From Azolla caroliniana (Eukaryota > Plantae > Polypodiophyta): a stretch of DNA of 64,000 nt. The translations under genes were made by a program, and so were the position numbers. A model generated the notes under the pieces. The model saw only the letters and a program-made list of their open reading frames with translations. It searched no databases and had not been told where the DNA came from. Below are positions 36,949 to 51,967 of the stretch, piece by piece (positions within the stretch are counted from its first letter, which is position 1; every line of letters begins with the position of its first letter). The stretch lies in contig JBHGNT010000006.1 in assembly GCA_043228905.1 (NCBI GenBank), positions 3,410,001 to 3,474,000 of the forward strand. Direction: 5' to 3'.

Positions 36949-37968
36949 GTTTGCTACACACTGATCTTTCTTTGGATCCAATTTAAATTGTATGCTGAAT
37001 GAAACTACCTTCCCGTCGGTCAATGATGATATGATATGCTATAGTGTGTAGGAGGCTTATAGAGATATATAACGAGAGGTTCCATTGGCGGCTGCTCCTT
37101 TTTCTGCAGGTGAAAATTAGCGTTTGACTAGAAAAGAAGAGTACTGCATTGAAGATATATGAGAGGGAGAGGGAGAGGGATTGCTGTGAAGAAAGCTTAG
37201 GGCAGCGATGGCAGATTAGGGTTTACAAAGGAGAGAGAGAGAGAGAGAGAGAGAGAATGTGTATTCCTCGCGCCTCTTTGTATCTTTGAAAATAACACAC
37301 GAACATAATATGTATGCATACTACATAGTACGTCGTATACTCGAATGCATTGGAAAACATTCGTTTTCATACGAATGCGTATGTTATCCCAACATTCTTG
37401 AGTATTTTTTTACACTTGTACTTTAACTTTCTTACCTTAAAAAAAACATATTACCTTATAATAAGTAATGAATATAAAAGTATGGTATTTACCATACTTC
37501 GACGATGTTTACCATACTCGAATGATTGAAACATTCTCGAATGGTGCATACAATGTATGTATGTATGGATGTATATACCTATGTATATATCTGAAATTCA
37601 AGGTTTAATCGATTGGTTGATCATCCTAAGCAATAAGATGTTGAGTATTTATGAAACCAAAGATTCCAAGTTTGACTCCGCTTCTGAGTGTACGATTGAT
37701 CTTGTTAATAGTGTAGGAAACCAACCAAGAGGGGGTCCGGGGTCCAAAGCTCAACCATTGGCGACACGATTGAATTATCTTATTAGTTGCATATGCAAGG
37801 TCTTATTAGCTAGCCATACAAACCTCCGAAACTTTGTGGACTATATGATAGATTCTTACTCAAGAGCCCAAGGTTTGGTCTCTATTAATTTACTAGATGC
37901 CATTGTGGAATGTACGATTGATGCTTCCGATGCGACATATGATTCAAGGTCTTCACTCTCTCTTGATT

Positions 37969-38044
37969 TACTAGATGCCATTGTGGAATGTAGGGGTTTA
38001 AACCCATGGCATGACAATCTTGTCTCCATTGGGCAACCTTACTG
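37969..38044 (-). repeat. Short dispersed repeat (tRNA B-box-like SINE head or Helitron-like CTAG end); copy 1
   Basis: 'actagatgccattgtggaatgtaggggtt.aacccatg...ttgtctccattgggcaaccttactg' is shared with 60153-60223. A partial copy lies at 37891-37914. Confidence 0.6.
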
Positions 38045-40106
38045 ACTAAGCTACATCCATCTCGACAAAACTCTCTCTCTCTCTCTCGGTCTCATCCTCC
38101 ATTGGTTCACTAGATCTTTGTCTCAAGGTCTCATCCTCCATTGGTTCCCCATCTCTCTCTCTCTCTCTCTCAAGGTCTCATCAACACCTTCTCCATTGGA
38201 GTACCATCATCATACACTTTAGCCTACAATTGGTTGAACCTAGAGTTTATTGTTTGGTCCACCATTGGCTTATCTATTGGAATACCATCAATCAATCAAT
38301 CCTACTATGCATCACAACTAGAATTTTTGGTTTTATATACTTCTCCATACCTTATTCCTTATTGACTTCTATTTCCATCAAACTAACATGATACAAGTGT
38401 GTCAAAAATCTTAGTCCTAGCAAACCATTGATTAGCTTCTTGCCAAATTTGTTTATGCAAAATGAAAAACATGGAGGTGTGAACTCTATATTTATTTAAT
38501 TCTCTTGCCATCAATAAAGATAACAAATCAATGTTCAAGCAAGGTTACTTGTATTTTCAATTGATTAAAATGAACCAACCATGTTGGTGGTGAGGGCCAT
38601 TCATCAACCTACTATTGCATGTTTAGTTCACAACTCATGCGCATATATTTAGTATGCAAAAGACTTGAGCCAAAATATATCATGCACCAAAATTGATACA
38701 TCTTCAACTCGATAACTCTCAATCTAGAAAACATATTGGGCCATCATTGTGAACCCCCCTAACCCTATCCAGGAGGCCACAACAACATACCAAGATGTGC
38801 ACATTGCTCAAGATATAAGCTGATAAGCCAACTTAAAAACCTAATCATAATAATTTATAGATCAAACAAGTGAGAATGTAAGAACAAAAGGCTTACATTA
38901 TGTGTATCAAAACAACAAGTTAGAATGCAAAAACAAAATGCTTACATCATGTGTATTAAGAACCACATTCACGATACATTGTGATGCAGTGCCATCTTAG
39001 TGTTGTATATATATTCTCCTTTAGATCTCATACATGTGCAAAATGGTTGTGTGTCTCATTTGGTTTCTACTCTCACAACAATGAGGATAAGGACTTAATT
39101 GATGGTTACGACCATAATGGGAACAATGAGTTTAAGATGTGGTCGAAAGTAATGTTTGGATAATATTGTCTTAATCACTATCTTAGGCACTTGCTTGTGA
39201 CCTATATTTTTACTTTCATTTATATCAGGTAGGAGCCACGTCACTTCAAATTAATCCTCCGATGTTTCTCTAACCTTGATTATGTAAATTAGAACTACAA
39301 TTTATATGCTGTATTGAAATATTTTCATTTCCTCAAAAGCTTGCAATCAATATCTTATTGCTTTCATGTGGTGGGTTGTTCACCATATGGTAGACTCTTT
39401 TCCACCAATTTATAGCATTACTTTGAATTGGACTCGGTAATTCCATGACAATTACCATGACGTTGTGCCACCAATGTTTGCGCAATGCCATGTCATATCC
39501 AATTACTTCATCACTATTACCAATAATCCACGAAACATACCAATACTTCGAATTGGATTCAGTAATTCCATGATTGCCACCTCCAATATTTGCAAAATGT
39601 CGTCGTATCCAATTACATCGCCATTATCCAATACCATAACACATACCATAGAGCACAAAATGCAAGTAAACCTTTATGGCATCTCCTCTGGAAGTGTCAT
39701 GCAGCTAGGAAATCCATGTCCCTATGTTTGCCAAAATCAGCCGATCCAACCATACAAATAAATAAGCAGGGAGAAGAAGCACATAAGGATGGATTGCCCT
39801 CATTGGCCCATATCTATGTTTGATTTGACCCCTAGGAGCATATCAATAATAACATACACAAGTAGAAATCCCTTCGTGTCAAAGAGTAACCAAAGAGTGC
39901 CAAAATCAGACAGAATAGTTGTGTGGGAATGCAGGGAAATGATAAGCATGCAACAAAACCCATTACAAAGGGAGCAACGCTACTTTGATCACCAAAACTG
40001 TGAGGATGTGATATTCAAAATAATATAATCACATTATCATGTGATTGTACTGGATACATATTTCAGTAATTTATTCGAAGCAAGCAAAGTGAGTGTAAAT
40101 ATGCAT

Positions 40107-40400
40107 TTTAAATCTAATTAAGGAATGTCAAGAACACAGAGATAATGAGATTCTTAATTTACCACCAAGAAGTTTGTATTATACTAGTACTCTACAGATA
40201 ACTCTCCGATACCTTTTCATGTGCTCATGATGCACAAACATGACAATACATGTTTAAATCTAATTAAGGAATGTCAAGAACACAGAGATAACAAGATTCT
40301 TAATTTACCACTAAGAAGTTTGTCTTATACTACGTACTCTACAGATAACTCTCCGATAACTTTCATGTGCTCATGATGCACAAACATGACAATACATGTT
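40107..40400. repeat. ~147-bp tandem duplication downstream of FAB1
   Basis: 'tttaaatctaattaaggaatgtcaagaacacagagataa...gctcatgatgcacaaacatgacaatacatg' occurs twice with few mismatches. Confidence 0.88.
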
Positions 40401-41636
40401 TACATACTAATACATTGTTTTTTCTGTACTGCACACTCCAAAGCAAAATTTTCAAGGTAGATCTTGGAGTTGATCCATCAACAAAAAAATGTACCTTTTC
40501 AAAACAAATATCTGATGACAGATATATGTTCAGTCAAGGCACACACATTCATGAAGCGGTCTATGCTGCACAATCTTTTACTGTTGCAGCGAGGCAAGTT
40601 CAAAATTGCTGCATCTTATCCATCCTGTAAGCATAAAACCACCCCATTGGAACCTCTATTTTGAGCTGCTGGAAGACGAAAAGAAGTTGTTCATATGTAT
40701 AATGTCTAGCCTGTATGTATTACAGGTCCACTTGCACCGCAGGTCCTTTCATTGAGACTGCTATATGCTCTATTATGTAATTAGATGTACTTCATTTGCA
40801 AACTGACTTCTTGACAGAGTTATAGCAAATCTCGTGTTGTTTATACACTCGGTAGGGCATGTCGAATTATAGCTCCTGGTGATATATAAAGGAAAATCAT
40901 GAAAACGAAGATTTTTCAGGTGTAGCAAGGAAAGCTATTCATGAATATATAGAAGAAACAGTAATCCTACATCCCATGCCACACAACATACAACACCAAA
41001 ATAAAAAATGGTGAATTGATTGGATTTCGCACCGAGACCAGGAAAGATTAAGAGTAGTACCTCAAATCAAGAGGCTATAGGAGAATACTGCTCAAGTTGT
41101 GAGCACGACATTGTATACATGACAATAGATAGCAGCTCCGCCCTGAGTCCAGATAATGGCAAGCTATTTCCTGCAAAACTTATGGAAAATAACTAAACTC
41201 AACATTGTGTTTAAATAGACATCATGAAACACTAATCCAAAGTAGCATACATACCCCCATTTGGCCATTTATTTATTCATGCTACCTTTGCAGAAATCAG
41301 TAGAATTCACAATGGCAGTTTCAATTTCTCATCACCTACATCATACTGCCACATGCACATCAATATCGTCAACAGCTTCATCAATATCTGAAATCTTTTG
41401 AACAAAAGTTGATGCAATTGAATATACGGGGAACAGTGAAAAGTCAAATAGTTGGGGATCTATTTATAAACCATTTATCTGAAAAATATGGCTTCCATTC
41501 TTGAGGATAAATCCATGTTACAGAAAAGTTAAATCAATTAGGAGTATTCCCTCGCTGAGATAATATAAAGCATTCATTGAATACGAGAGTTAATACACAC
41601 ATATACATTTCAACGCCCAGTTCCCGATTGATAACC

Positions 41637-44600
41637 TCATGATACTGACTGAAAACTCTCAACAGAATCAGCATGAGGTGGTGGACAGAAAATCTCCATG
41701 GTGGGGGACCATTGATCGGGAACCATGAGAAAATAATTTTGCATTGCCTTCCGGAACCGCTTTTTGTATTGTTTGGGAGAAATCACAGTGGGTTGTGCAT
41801 TTTTGGGGCCACCTAAGATGCCGGAGGCCTTAACCCAGGTCTCCAGGTGCTTGTCCCACGTATATTGCCTCATGAAGTCAATGATACCAAGCACCAACTC
41901 TCCGCGCATCTCATCTACTCCCACAAGTAAAGAATAATCCATAACGTCCACAGACTGCAGACAACATGAAACACTATAAATTAGAAACAGAAATCCACAA
42001 AAGTAATTTATCTACAACGGTGAAAAAAGATAGCCTACTTACTGCAAGGAAGGAGGTGTCATTCCATACTGCCCGCTCCAATAATCGTTTTGCTTTGTTG
42101 CCAATAAATAGAGGATTTGTAAGCATTGACTCCACTAGATTTTCATCTAGCAGAACATTATTCTTTCCAGTTTTGTCTGAGTTATACCGAGATCTAAGAG
42201 ATCCTTTCAAGTCATAGACACGGTTTATATGCCGACCATATAGAAGGTTTTCCATTACCATCAGATCTGTTCTGACTTCCCGACCACCCTTTGCATGTTT
42301 GACTGAAACCTGTGGAAATATTTGTATATCTAATCAATGAACTTAATCTTTTTATTGAGTCAAATGATGCACAATATCAAAACAAAATGAGGGGAAGATG
42401 AAAACTATTTTCCTTTTTAGGAACTTCAAATATGTCACTGATGTTGCATCATAATGGGGGGAGACCTCAACACACTCATGCTAACAGTAGTTGCCACCTC
42501 ATTCACAAAGAACAATGATTTTTGGCAGCACTATGCCTAATTTAGAAACTATGGTCGTAGTTAATACAGTCTGAAGTCAGAAATTTTGTTGATTTTTCAC
42601 CCAGATTGTTCTAGCCAACTTTTAATTAATGATTATTGTTCAATAGCATCACATTCACCACCAAACCTTTTTGCAGGAGGCAAAGAGCCATATTTTTTTC
42701 TTTCTTGATATTCAAAAGCTAACCCCAAATAATTAAAGCTAGAAATTTTTTAGCTGTCTCCTTACATTGTTGTAAAAGTAGGATGGTAGCGGTCCTTTGT
42801 GTGATAGACCTTGACCTAAGTGTGCAAAACTTTATTTTGACAGTCTTCATCTACATCTCAGAACAATGATGAGAAATTTTGACTTTTTGTGTGGGAAACC
42901 TAGATATGTTTCTGTATAAATTGGTTTGTTTAGAATATTACTTATTCTAATTAAATTCTATATATATAACCATATGATTTTGGCAACTTTTTTTCCGCAT
43001 GTTGCTTCTAACACCAGCAACAAACATAATTTGTGTCATAGAACATAAAGCATGGGGCATTTGGTAGTTACAACTTGCCTGAAAAATACCGAGAATTTTC
43101 GCTAAACAGGTGGGACTTCCAGTTTTCAGAGATTCGGATACATATTTGAAATATTCTGGTGCAAACTTGATAAAGGATTCCAATTCTGTCTTAGTCACCT
43201 GTTTGATGACAAGCCTATCATCTTTCGTCTTGGCAAAAAACACATTACTTTTACCTCCTTGTGCACCCCATTTTTTACAGCGGCATAAAGAACGAATAAA
43301 ATCCATCTCATCAGAACAACATGTCTTCCTTAGGGTATCAAACCGTTTTGCATAATAGCAAGTAACCATATACTTCACTTTGCCAGAAGGCTCCTCAGCT
43401 GTAAACACTACCTTTACATGTGTAGCTTTTGAATACTGCAGATTACCATTCTCTCTTAATCCTGCATAAGAAGCCTCATTCACCAGATTACTTTTATCCA
43501 AAGACCCTTCTGTTGATTGGAGTGGATGAGAAAGAACAGACTGTACGCTTGACATGTCTAAGTCAAAGTTTTCATGTTTTGGTTGCATCTCCTTGTCTAC
43601 CGCTCTAAATTTGTCCCCTTCTAGAGGCCCATCAGATAAATGAGCATGATATTGATGGGACATGATGGCATATGCTATTATGCTTGTTGGTTCACTATCA
43701 TATACTGCAATTACAGTATTGTGAATTCCTACTGGTAACAGAAGGTGTCCTTCACTGCTACATGAGCTGTAGATTAAATGGGACGGTGTTGCTGACATAC
43801 CAGTTGTTTCAGATATGCTGCTGCTACTATTATATAAACGGGGAGTACTTGAAACAATATCAGATCCCACCCAAGATACGTCAGACAGATTATGACTGCC
43901 AAGATCTGGAGTGCTGTCAGAAGTAGTTTCTGTGTTAAGCACAGTAGCTAAATCATGAACGGAAGCAGATCTGCCTATGCCAGTGCCTTGTGAGAAAATT
44001 TCTTGCCCAGTTGATGATATGTTTACCATATGTGCTTCAATAGTGTGCCCTTCACCTGTCCAAGCAGTTTCGAAGGTATGTGGAAGATCTGGCAAGCTAG
44101 GAACTCCACCCTCAGAGCATGTTCTCTGTACCAATATTTCACATTCCGGCAAATTAAACTGGATGGCAGACTTACTGCTGAACAGTCTCCTGTCTGAGCC
44201 CACACTTCCTTCATCTATTGCTTCAATTATTTTACTAAATGCTTTATTCCTCCCATAAAGCTCTTGAAAATCATGGAAAGCTATGGTAGAGGAGTTCCCA
44301 TTCACCTCACTATCACTGAGATGATTCGTTTCATGATCACCCATTCCTCCAGAAACCTGATTATCTAAACGTAGGCTTTCCTCGAATGAAATTCTTTGTT
44401 GATGTGTGATGTCAGAGAGATGTACCTCTACCAGTTCTTTTGACTCAGAAACAGTATTTGATATAGGATTCGAAATTTCATGATCTGAATCAACTCCACA
44501 TGAAATTTTATATTGGAAACTGATATCTTTAGTTTTCATTGGTGTCAACGGCTCTTCTAGGTTAGCAGAGCTGTTAATAAGAGACATCTGTTGTAATTTG

Positions 44601-47600
44601 AGGAAGATATTGAATTGCTCATTCCAGGCATAAGAAAAAGTAGCCAAGAGCCTCCTTGCTGTATTAAGCTGTAATATGTCAACATATGGATGTCCTGACT
44701 CCCTTGCTATCGGTGCTGCACTCTGCATAACTTCCTGTAAACATTTATCACATGAACTAATCAAGAACAAACATTTAACAGACCATTGCAGATATCGGCT
44801 CTATGTCAATCTGCTTACCAAGAAGGCCTTGTGATCAACTTTCAATAGGCGGACAAATTCTAGGATACACCTTCTACCCTCTGGGGATTTCATGATTCCA
44901 TGACATGACAGTTTCCCTTCTATTGCACAAAGAGTACGAAACGCCTTGGTAAAAATGCCATATGCTTTTTTCTCGACCTGATGACAACCATAATTTAATT
45001 GCAGAGACCCAAAAACCAACAGCAGAAAACTACACAGCATGTCAAAGCTAGCATATAGCATTCTTAGTACCTCACATACTTCCATGTGTAACCACTCATC
45101 CAACTCAAGGTTATTGAACTCAAGTTTGGCAGGGGGCAAACATACAGTGTGAACATTAATGGAGCCATATCTAAAGCATGCTATCATATCCCCAAACCTG
45201 CTCTAAGACAGTTTTAATTATATTAAACAAGCTGTGGTGAAAACAATAGGAAGAAAATGAATGCTTCTACAATAACACAAGTAAATTAAATTCATACCCA
45301 TAAAACCTAAGACAATCTCTGTGCAAGGAGTGGCCACATGCAGCAACTCTTCCTGCAGCAGCATGATTAGAAAAGCTAAGCTCCAGAAACTTCCCAAATG
45401 ACAAACCCCAGGCTGCGTCTGACATCAAAACTCTATGTGTTGCAGGTGGGACATTATTGACACGTGGACATATCAAACAACGATGCCACATCCAAATTTT
45501 CTCCTCCCCTTCCCCTGGCAACACTTGACCCTGACGATGAACGGATATAATCAAGCTCCCCTGCTGATGCATATAGCAATGAATATGTGCATCTCTCATC
45601 TCTCCACACGCACCACATCCATTATTCTGAATTTATTGATACATCACATAAGGTTAAAACCTATTGTAAATAAAGCAAAATGCTTATAATCAAAAGAAAG
45701 AAAATATACCAACTTCCAATGATACTTACAGGATCAAAGACATTGTCCTTGAGAAACTTTCCCAAGGGCTTGTCAAAGCTTCCATAATATTTTATCCTGA
45801 AAAGGTGACCTCTTTGACAAACAACACGCTTTCGCAAGCAAATACTGGAGAACAATACAAGAATGCTTTGATCTGATGGTGATGGTAGGAATTCTTCCTG
45901 AATGGCATCCTGTTCCTTCATGGTAGATAAGGCTATTGCAGAGGCCATTGACTTTGACCGCTGATAAGCATATCCTAGATTAGAGTCAACTTTTCGCATC
46001 CCAGAAGAAGCCTCGCCTTGAGTAAACTCAGAAACATTCGATGAGGACCTACGTGGTTTCAACCTACACCCATGAGTGTTAGCCATGTTATGGAATCCAA
46101 CATTGAGGTTATACTTTCCACCATCCATTAGTTTTGAGGACGTTTCTCCATATGGGAGCGAAGGATATGATAAACGAAAATCTTTGGGATCTTGTAAGGT
46201 GAACGTGGATTTGGTTACGCAAATCTGGTTGCTACTGAATACCTTGTCTCTGGCTTGCTGGTCATCAATAACTCGAGGGCTTGTACTTGGAGAGTTGTTT
46301 TGTGATGAGAAAGAAGAAGATTTAAGAGAAAACGGAGTTGAAACAATAGCTCCATTTACATTAATATTAACATTAGACCAGCTTGGCATATTCATAGACA
46401 TGTCATGCTCAAGAAAGGAACTTACAGACTCATTCTGGAAACCTACAGTTGGTAAAGGCCCTGAGTCGGGGAGTACAAGGCGAGGCACAGTTGTGATAGA
46501 CCTATCAAATTTTGAATGATTATCAGGTAAGGCAACACTAATTGGAGACTTCAACGATAAATCAGCACCCTCGTCAACAAGGAATGAAGTTTCTAAAGCT
46601 AGCTGATAGGCAGCAAAAACTGCAAATTGGATTACACGCTTAACCTTCTTCAACTCTTCCCCACTGGCCCCTTTTAGCAAGACCTGAACAACTTAAAAGA
46701 AATAGAAAACCATAAGACATACAATTATTAAACGAATAAAAAAAGAGCACAATAGTTATCACCTACAGTGCATCCTAATGGCCTTGGACAACCCTCAAAA
46801 AACATGAGTGTTCTCGCTGAAGGTTGCCTTGCTTGTCCCGCAGTTCCAAGTTCCTCTATAAACTTCTCAACATGAAATAAATCGCAATATCCAGATTTTG
46901 CCCTCATTAGATGATCAGGAGCAGGAACCACCTCTGCACCAGTGCACCTAGCAATGTGCTCTAATAATGGTCTTTTTACATTCAATACAAGAGCGATTCC
47001 CTTTGAAAGCAATATTTCTTGTGCTTGTCCAGAAACATTCTTTTCTACAAGTACCACATTGGGATGATGTGCTTCAATTCTTGAAACGGTCATTGAGATG
47101 TGCTCCTTTTCCTACAAAAAGAACAAGATATGTTAAAATGACTTTAAGATAGACTAAACCTATTATTTAAGCAAAGAAAGTGATAAATCATGAAAACAAA
47201 TATATGCTTGCCTTTACAGCAGTAAAATGATATTTTTTACAGAAAAGCATAAACTTTTTACTTGAACAAAGAACGCCGTGCAGCATGCCACTAAGATACA
47301 TTAATTTTATAGACATTCAAATATGCCTAGCATTATCCCTTAAGTTCCTGGTTATAATGAATAGGATTAATGGAACAACTTAAAGCTTTTCTTGTCTTAA
47401 TCAGGTATTCCCTTTCCCCACATGCCTCATGTGCCACTTCTTCCCAATCTTGAGGCCTTCCTGCTGCCTACAACGAATTTCAAACTTCCCCGATTTCCTA
47501 GAGGGTTCAAGTGATTGAATCGTGGGATAAGGTATCTTCATGGTGTGCCTTTTTTCCTCAAACTGGAACATATGTAGCATTGTACAAGGGCCATGAATGC

Positions 47601-50439
47601 ACACAGAAGTGCCTCCCACAACGGGGTTTTAGAAACGGTTGCTGCTTCAAATGTGCAAGTAGATGAAAGAAATATGTATGTAAACTGCGAAAATAAAACT
47701 AAAAGTAAACCAAAAGAGCTTGTTACTGATCCCAAGGAGAAGCCTTCTTTGAAAGAGAACACAATTAGCAAAAAGTAAATGCCAACTTTGAAGAATGATC
47801 ATTGAGTAAATGCCAACACTGGACCAGTTCCAGTAAACAAATGTGAGTCCAAATAGATGAATCCTCAAGTAAGGACATGCCTTTCTTCTACAAAGATGGC
47901 CTCATGTTTCTTAAGGGAGTCCGCCCTAATGTTGTCACGTAATGAACTCTGAACTGTTCACAGTAATAGCACCCATTTGGAGATGAGAAAGCATTTTTTA
48001 ATAGAAAAGAAAACCCTGAGTTTTTCTTTATTTCCCCAAAAGCTCAGATATTTTCATTATTTTATCAAATGCAATTGGTCAGCCACCTCCAGCAATTATA
48101 AGTGCTGCTTGTATAATTACAAGGTCAATTAATCCCTCTTTCGACATTCTCTCCTTTTTTGAAAACTTGAAAATGCTTTTATAGCAAACTGCTGCACATA
48201 TCGAGCTGCAATATAGCAATCAGCACCCACATCCTATAGGCACTTCATTTTCAGGAATCAACTGGCTGAAACTTATAGGTTGTGACTACTCTATCTCTTC
48301 CAAACAATGCCACTACACAATGTTTAACATAAAGTATTTCTCATGAGTTCTACGCTCTACCTAGTGGGGAGCCAATGTCTCCTAATCAAGAAAGGGCTCT
48401 TTGAACTTAATTCTACAACTGAAAAGCCTAAAAGAATGTGTGCTAACATAATCAATATCATGGGCTTTAAATTCACATATATGACCAGAAAGAAGTCAAA
48501 ATAACTATTAACTAGAAAAAAACAGTAAGACGACGAGGACACCATTAAAGGGTCATATAAAAACCTGACCTGCTGGAGCAAGGTGTCGAGGGAAGAAAGC
48601 ATATTAGGAATGCGTTGATACTCAAGAGCACCCCCCAGCAGTAGTAACTTTGGACGATTGTAATATGAAGGCATCCGCCTATGTGCTACATTTCTTTTAC
48701 ACACCACTCCTTTGACAATTCGACTATCAAAGACAAAATTGCTTATGATTGAAATTTCATAGTTATTGATATTAGCCAAAGCTCCAAAATATACCTGAGA
48801 TTTCTTTGTTCTCTAAATGCCTCCAATCCTTCACTATTTACCCAAATCCCCTGGTTAACCCCAAAAAAGCAATCATATGTGGTATTTGAGCAATCATATC
48901 ATCAATAAATCCCTTTTTCTCTCTTTTGGAGATTGACCAAGGGCGTTTGGGGAAATATGAAGACTCAGGGGTATTGGGGGAATTCTGGTGTTTTTCCCTT
49001 GATATGAATGTCTAAAAACATTTCTTACCTGTCACTACGCATGCCAGATGCAATGCACCTGACCTTAACATAGCCACCAGGGTCCATACCACCTCCTTTG
49101 CTTGTATCTGGTTTTATCAGCTTCGCTGCTTGAGTAGCTAAACTGGACACAATTTCTAACCAGCCATTTTTCTCTAATCCTTCACTTTCATATGCATCCA
49201 AACCCTCAGCTTCAAGTAGTTGTGCAACAAGCGCCCTGAAATGCCCATCCACAACAGCTCTCATGGCTCTCCTCCGATCTTGCAATGCCGTTGTTTTTTC
49301 TTGAATCCTATACTCGCTGTTTGTTAAATTCCCCCAACCAATTTCGTCGTCATCATCATCATCATCCACCAGATACACAGCTCTTTCATCAGCTTCATCT
49401 TGGGGGGGTGGGGGAACCCAAATGGACATGTTATTCTCCACATCAACATCATGACTTTCTTGCGTAGAGCTTGGAAGCAATGAAGGAGCATAAAAATTGC
49501 TCTCATCCAAGCTTTCATCAAGAACTTCATAGTCATCCGATGACATTGTAGAGTGTTTAGACATGTTTCGTTCCACTTGTGGTGTTGTCACCATCTCTAC
49601 AGTACTCTCCTGAAATCTGCTCTCCCCATGTATATTAAAATCTTTGTTCGCATAACTTGGGGACTTTGTGAGAAAACTTTCAGAAATACTGTTGCGAACA
49701 GTGACAGATTTTTCTATCCCATCATCCTCTTCCCTTTGGTTCTGCTGACAACAAAGTGTCCATGTTGAAGTATGTAATTCGTTCTTTGCCTCATCAGTTT
49801 CTTCCTCGTCATTCCTACAATTCTCCACTGAGATCAGAACACATGCATACAGAAAATATAATTTCAGATCAGAAAAGAAATAAAGATTTCACCAAATTAC
49901 CTGTTGCTGCAAAAGTCATAAGGATTGGGAGACATCTCCCTTTCTCTTGGCAATACTGGTCCAAAACTTTCATCCCCCTCATGCACAAATTGATTCTTTT
50001 CTGTGATATTGTTGATCCCATCAGTTCCAGAGGATCCATGTGGAGAATGAAATTTCCCTTCACTCTGTAGAGCTGAATTTCTGGTAGTATAATTTGCACT
50101 TGCAAAGTTCCCTGAATTAGATTTATTCTCATCATCTTGTTTTAGCTTAAAGCAAAAGTTACACGCTCGAACATGACATCCTTCATAAGAAACACTTGGA
50201 TGGATATCAATAGAAGGCACTGTGTTTTGTGTACATTTTGCACAGAAGATGCGACCACAGATTCGGCAATGGTGTCGCCGATTGAAGAAGCTGAATGGGA
50301 CCTCACATTCATAACAGACTCTGCAACTCTCATCTGGCATCCAGAAATCCCTTGAAACTGAATGCCATTGGGTCCTTTGCCGAATCCATAAGAGGAACCT
50401 CTGCAGTACATCGCAAAACACACTTTCTACAACTTCCAT
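41637..50439 (-). CDS. FAB1: 1-phosphatidylinositol-3-phosphate 5-kinase FAB1A/B-like (PIKfyve); 11 coding exons (50439-49901, 49814-49029, 48723-48570, 47111-46767, 46683-45730, 45626-45298, 45197-45071, 44977-44819, 44734-43079, 42309-42043, 41954-41637)
   Basis: FYVE domain FWMPDESCRVCYEC...RRHHCRICGRIFC; MDPGGYVKV and a CCT/Cpn60-like domain; FGKFLELSFSNHAAA...CGHSLHRDCLRFYG; PIPKc motifs AQGGKSNVFFAKT, MENLLYG, DLKGS, MDYSLLVG and IIDFMRQYTWDK. Confidence 0.96.
48790..48998. mobile_element. Degenerate Mu-like MITE in FAB1 intron 2
   Basis: 'cttcactatttacccaaatcccctggttaaccccaaaaaag' is an imperfect inverted repeat of 'ctcttttggagattgaccaagggcgtttggggaaatatgaag'. The right end ...TTTTTCCC resembles that of the 29382 MITE. 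No clear TSD. Confidence 0.55.
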
Positions 50440-51914
50440 GTGAAGAGATCAGCATCTCTGTGATCTAATCTCTGCAAACCAGCATGAGGTCGAATGCAAA
50501 AATGTGTTAGATGATAATAATAATAGTACAAATACTGTGGAGTAGGAGTTTCTTGTTCTCTTGCTAAGTGAACTGCGGCCGAAGAAGCTCATCAATCTGA
50601 TACAAAATCGAAACAAATCAAACAAAAAATTGTAGTTTCAAATTCCTTATTGTGCATAGTCAAAATGTTTTATCAACTATACAGAAATTCAAGACAAACT
50701 CTGGATGAAAAAAAATCAAGCAAAGAAAAAAGGACAGTTTGATATTCCATATACTCTGCACATGGAAAACGACATCAACTATGCAGGAAATCCTTAATAA
50801 CTCCATCTGATCCCATCAAGACAATATATAGGTCCAATCCTTCCATATTATGCACAAGAAAAACATTATCGAGTATTCAAAAGTCCTGAATAACTCTGTC
50901 TCGTCAGAATAATAAAAAATGGAAAAAGCATAGTTTTTCCAAGCTCCCTCCTATGCAAAGGTAAAACTTCATCCAGAATGTGGAAATTCTGCACGACCCC
51001 TGTCTAAATACTCGGTTTTATCTCAATCAGAACAAAGTAAATGAAGTATTCAACAAATTCCTTATTCTGAACATAAAAAAAAAAGCTAAATCAAATATGC
51101 AACCACTCAAACTAACAGGATGCATAGAAACTAATCATGGTTTACATACCAATGAGTATGCAATCAGTGGTCACACAGAAGAGCTAGCGTTCTTGCAGAG
51201 ATGATGTTCGGAAATGAACTGAAAAGTCAGAGACTGCTAGGTTTCTTGAGCGGGTTGAGCTTGCAGGATATAACAAGAGCAACAAACGGAAATGGCTTCG
51301 ATCTAACAATGCAAAGGAGCCATCATCTGTCGGAAGGAGAGGGAGAGGGAGAGGGAGGGGGAGGGGGAGGTGAGAATGCAGATAACAAAATCGGATGGGA
51401 TAAGCTTACAGAGAAGAAGTGAGGCTATGGGGATCTGAGGAAAGGGGAGGGGGGAGGGAAGAAGGAACTGTGCGGCGGGTAAACCTGGTGGTACTGAGGA
51501 CCGAGGAGAAAAGCTAGTTTGTGGTGCAATGGCGATGGAGAGAGAGAGAGAGAAAGAGAGAGAGAGGCAAAGGGGGGGTACCTCTTCTTCTTCTTCTTCT
51601 TCTTCCTTCTTCTTCTTACAAGTTACTATTATTTACTGACTGCTGCTCCTACAGTCTAGTCTAGTAAAGCAAAATATGATGATGATATGAAGTGTCTGTA
51701 AAATGAATTGAATGATTGAATGGAGACAGTCAGGTAGAGATGGAGAATCGAGATGGAGGGTCGGCCTCCTCCCCGAGCCGGCCGGCCCCGCTCCTTTGTC
51801 CATCGGCCTCCTCCTGGCTCGACCCTTCTTCACACTCTCTCGTGTCTTCCTCTTGTCCTAATGTCCGGCCTCTGTCTTTATTGCCCATCGTGCTTACAGC
51901 GTTGCTTGATACAC

Positions 51915-51936
51915 CCAGCTTCTCAATTGCGTCGCA

Positions 51937-51967
<31 letters not shown>

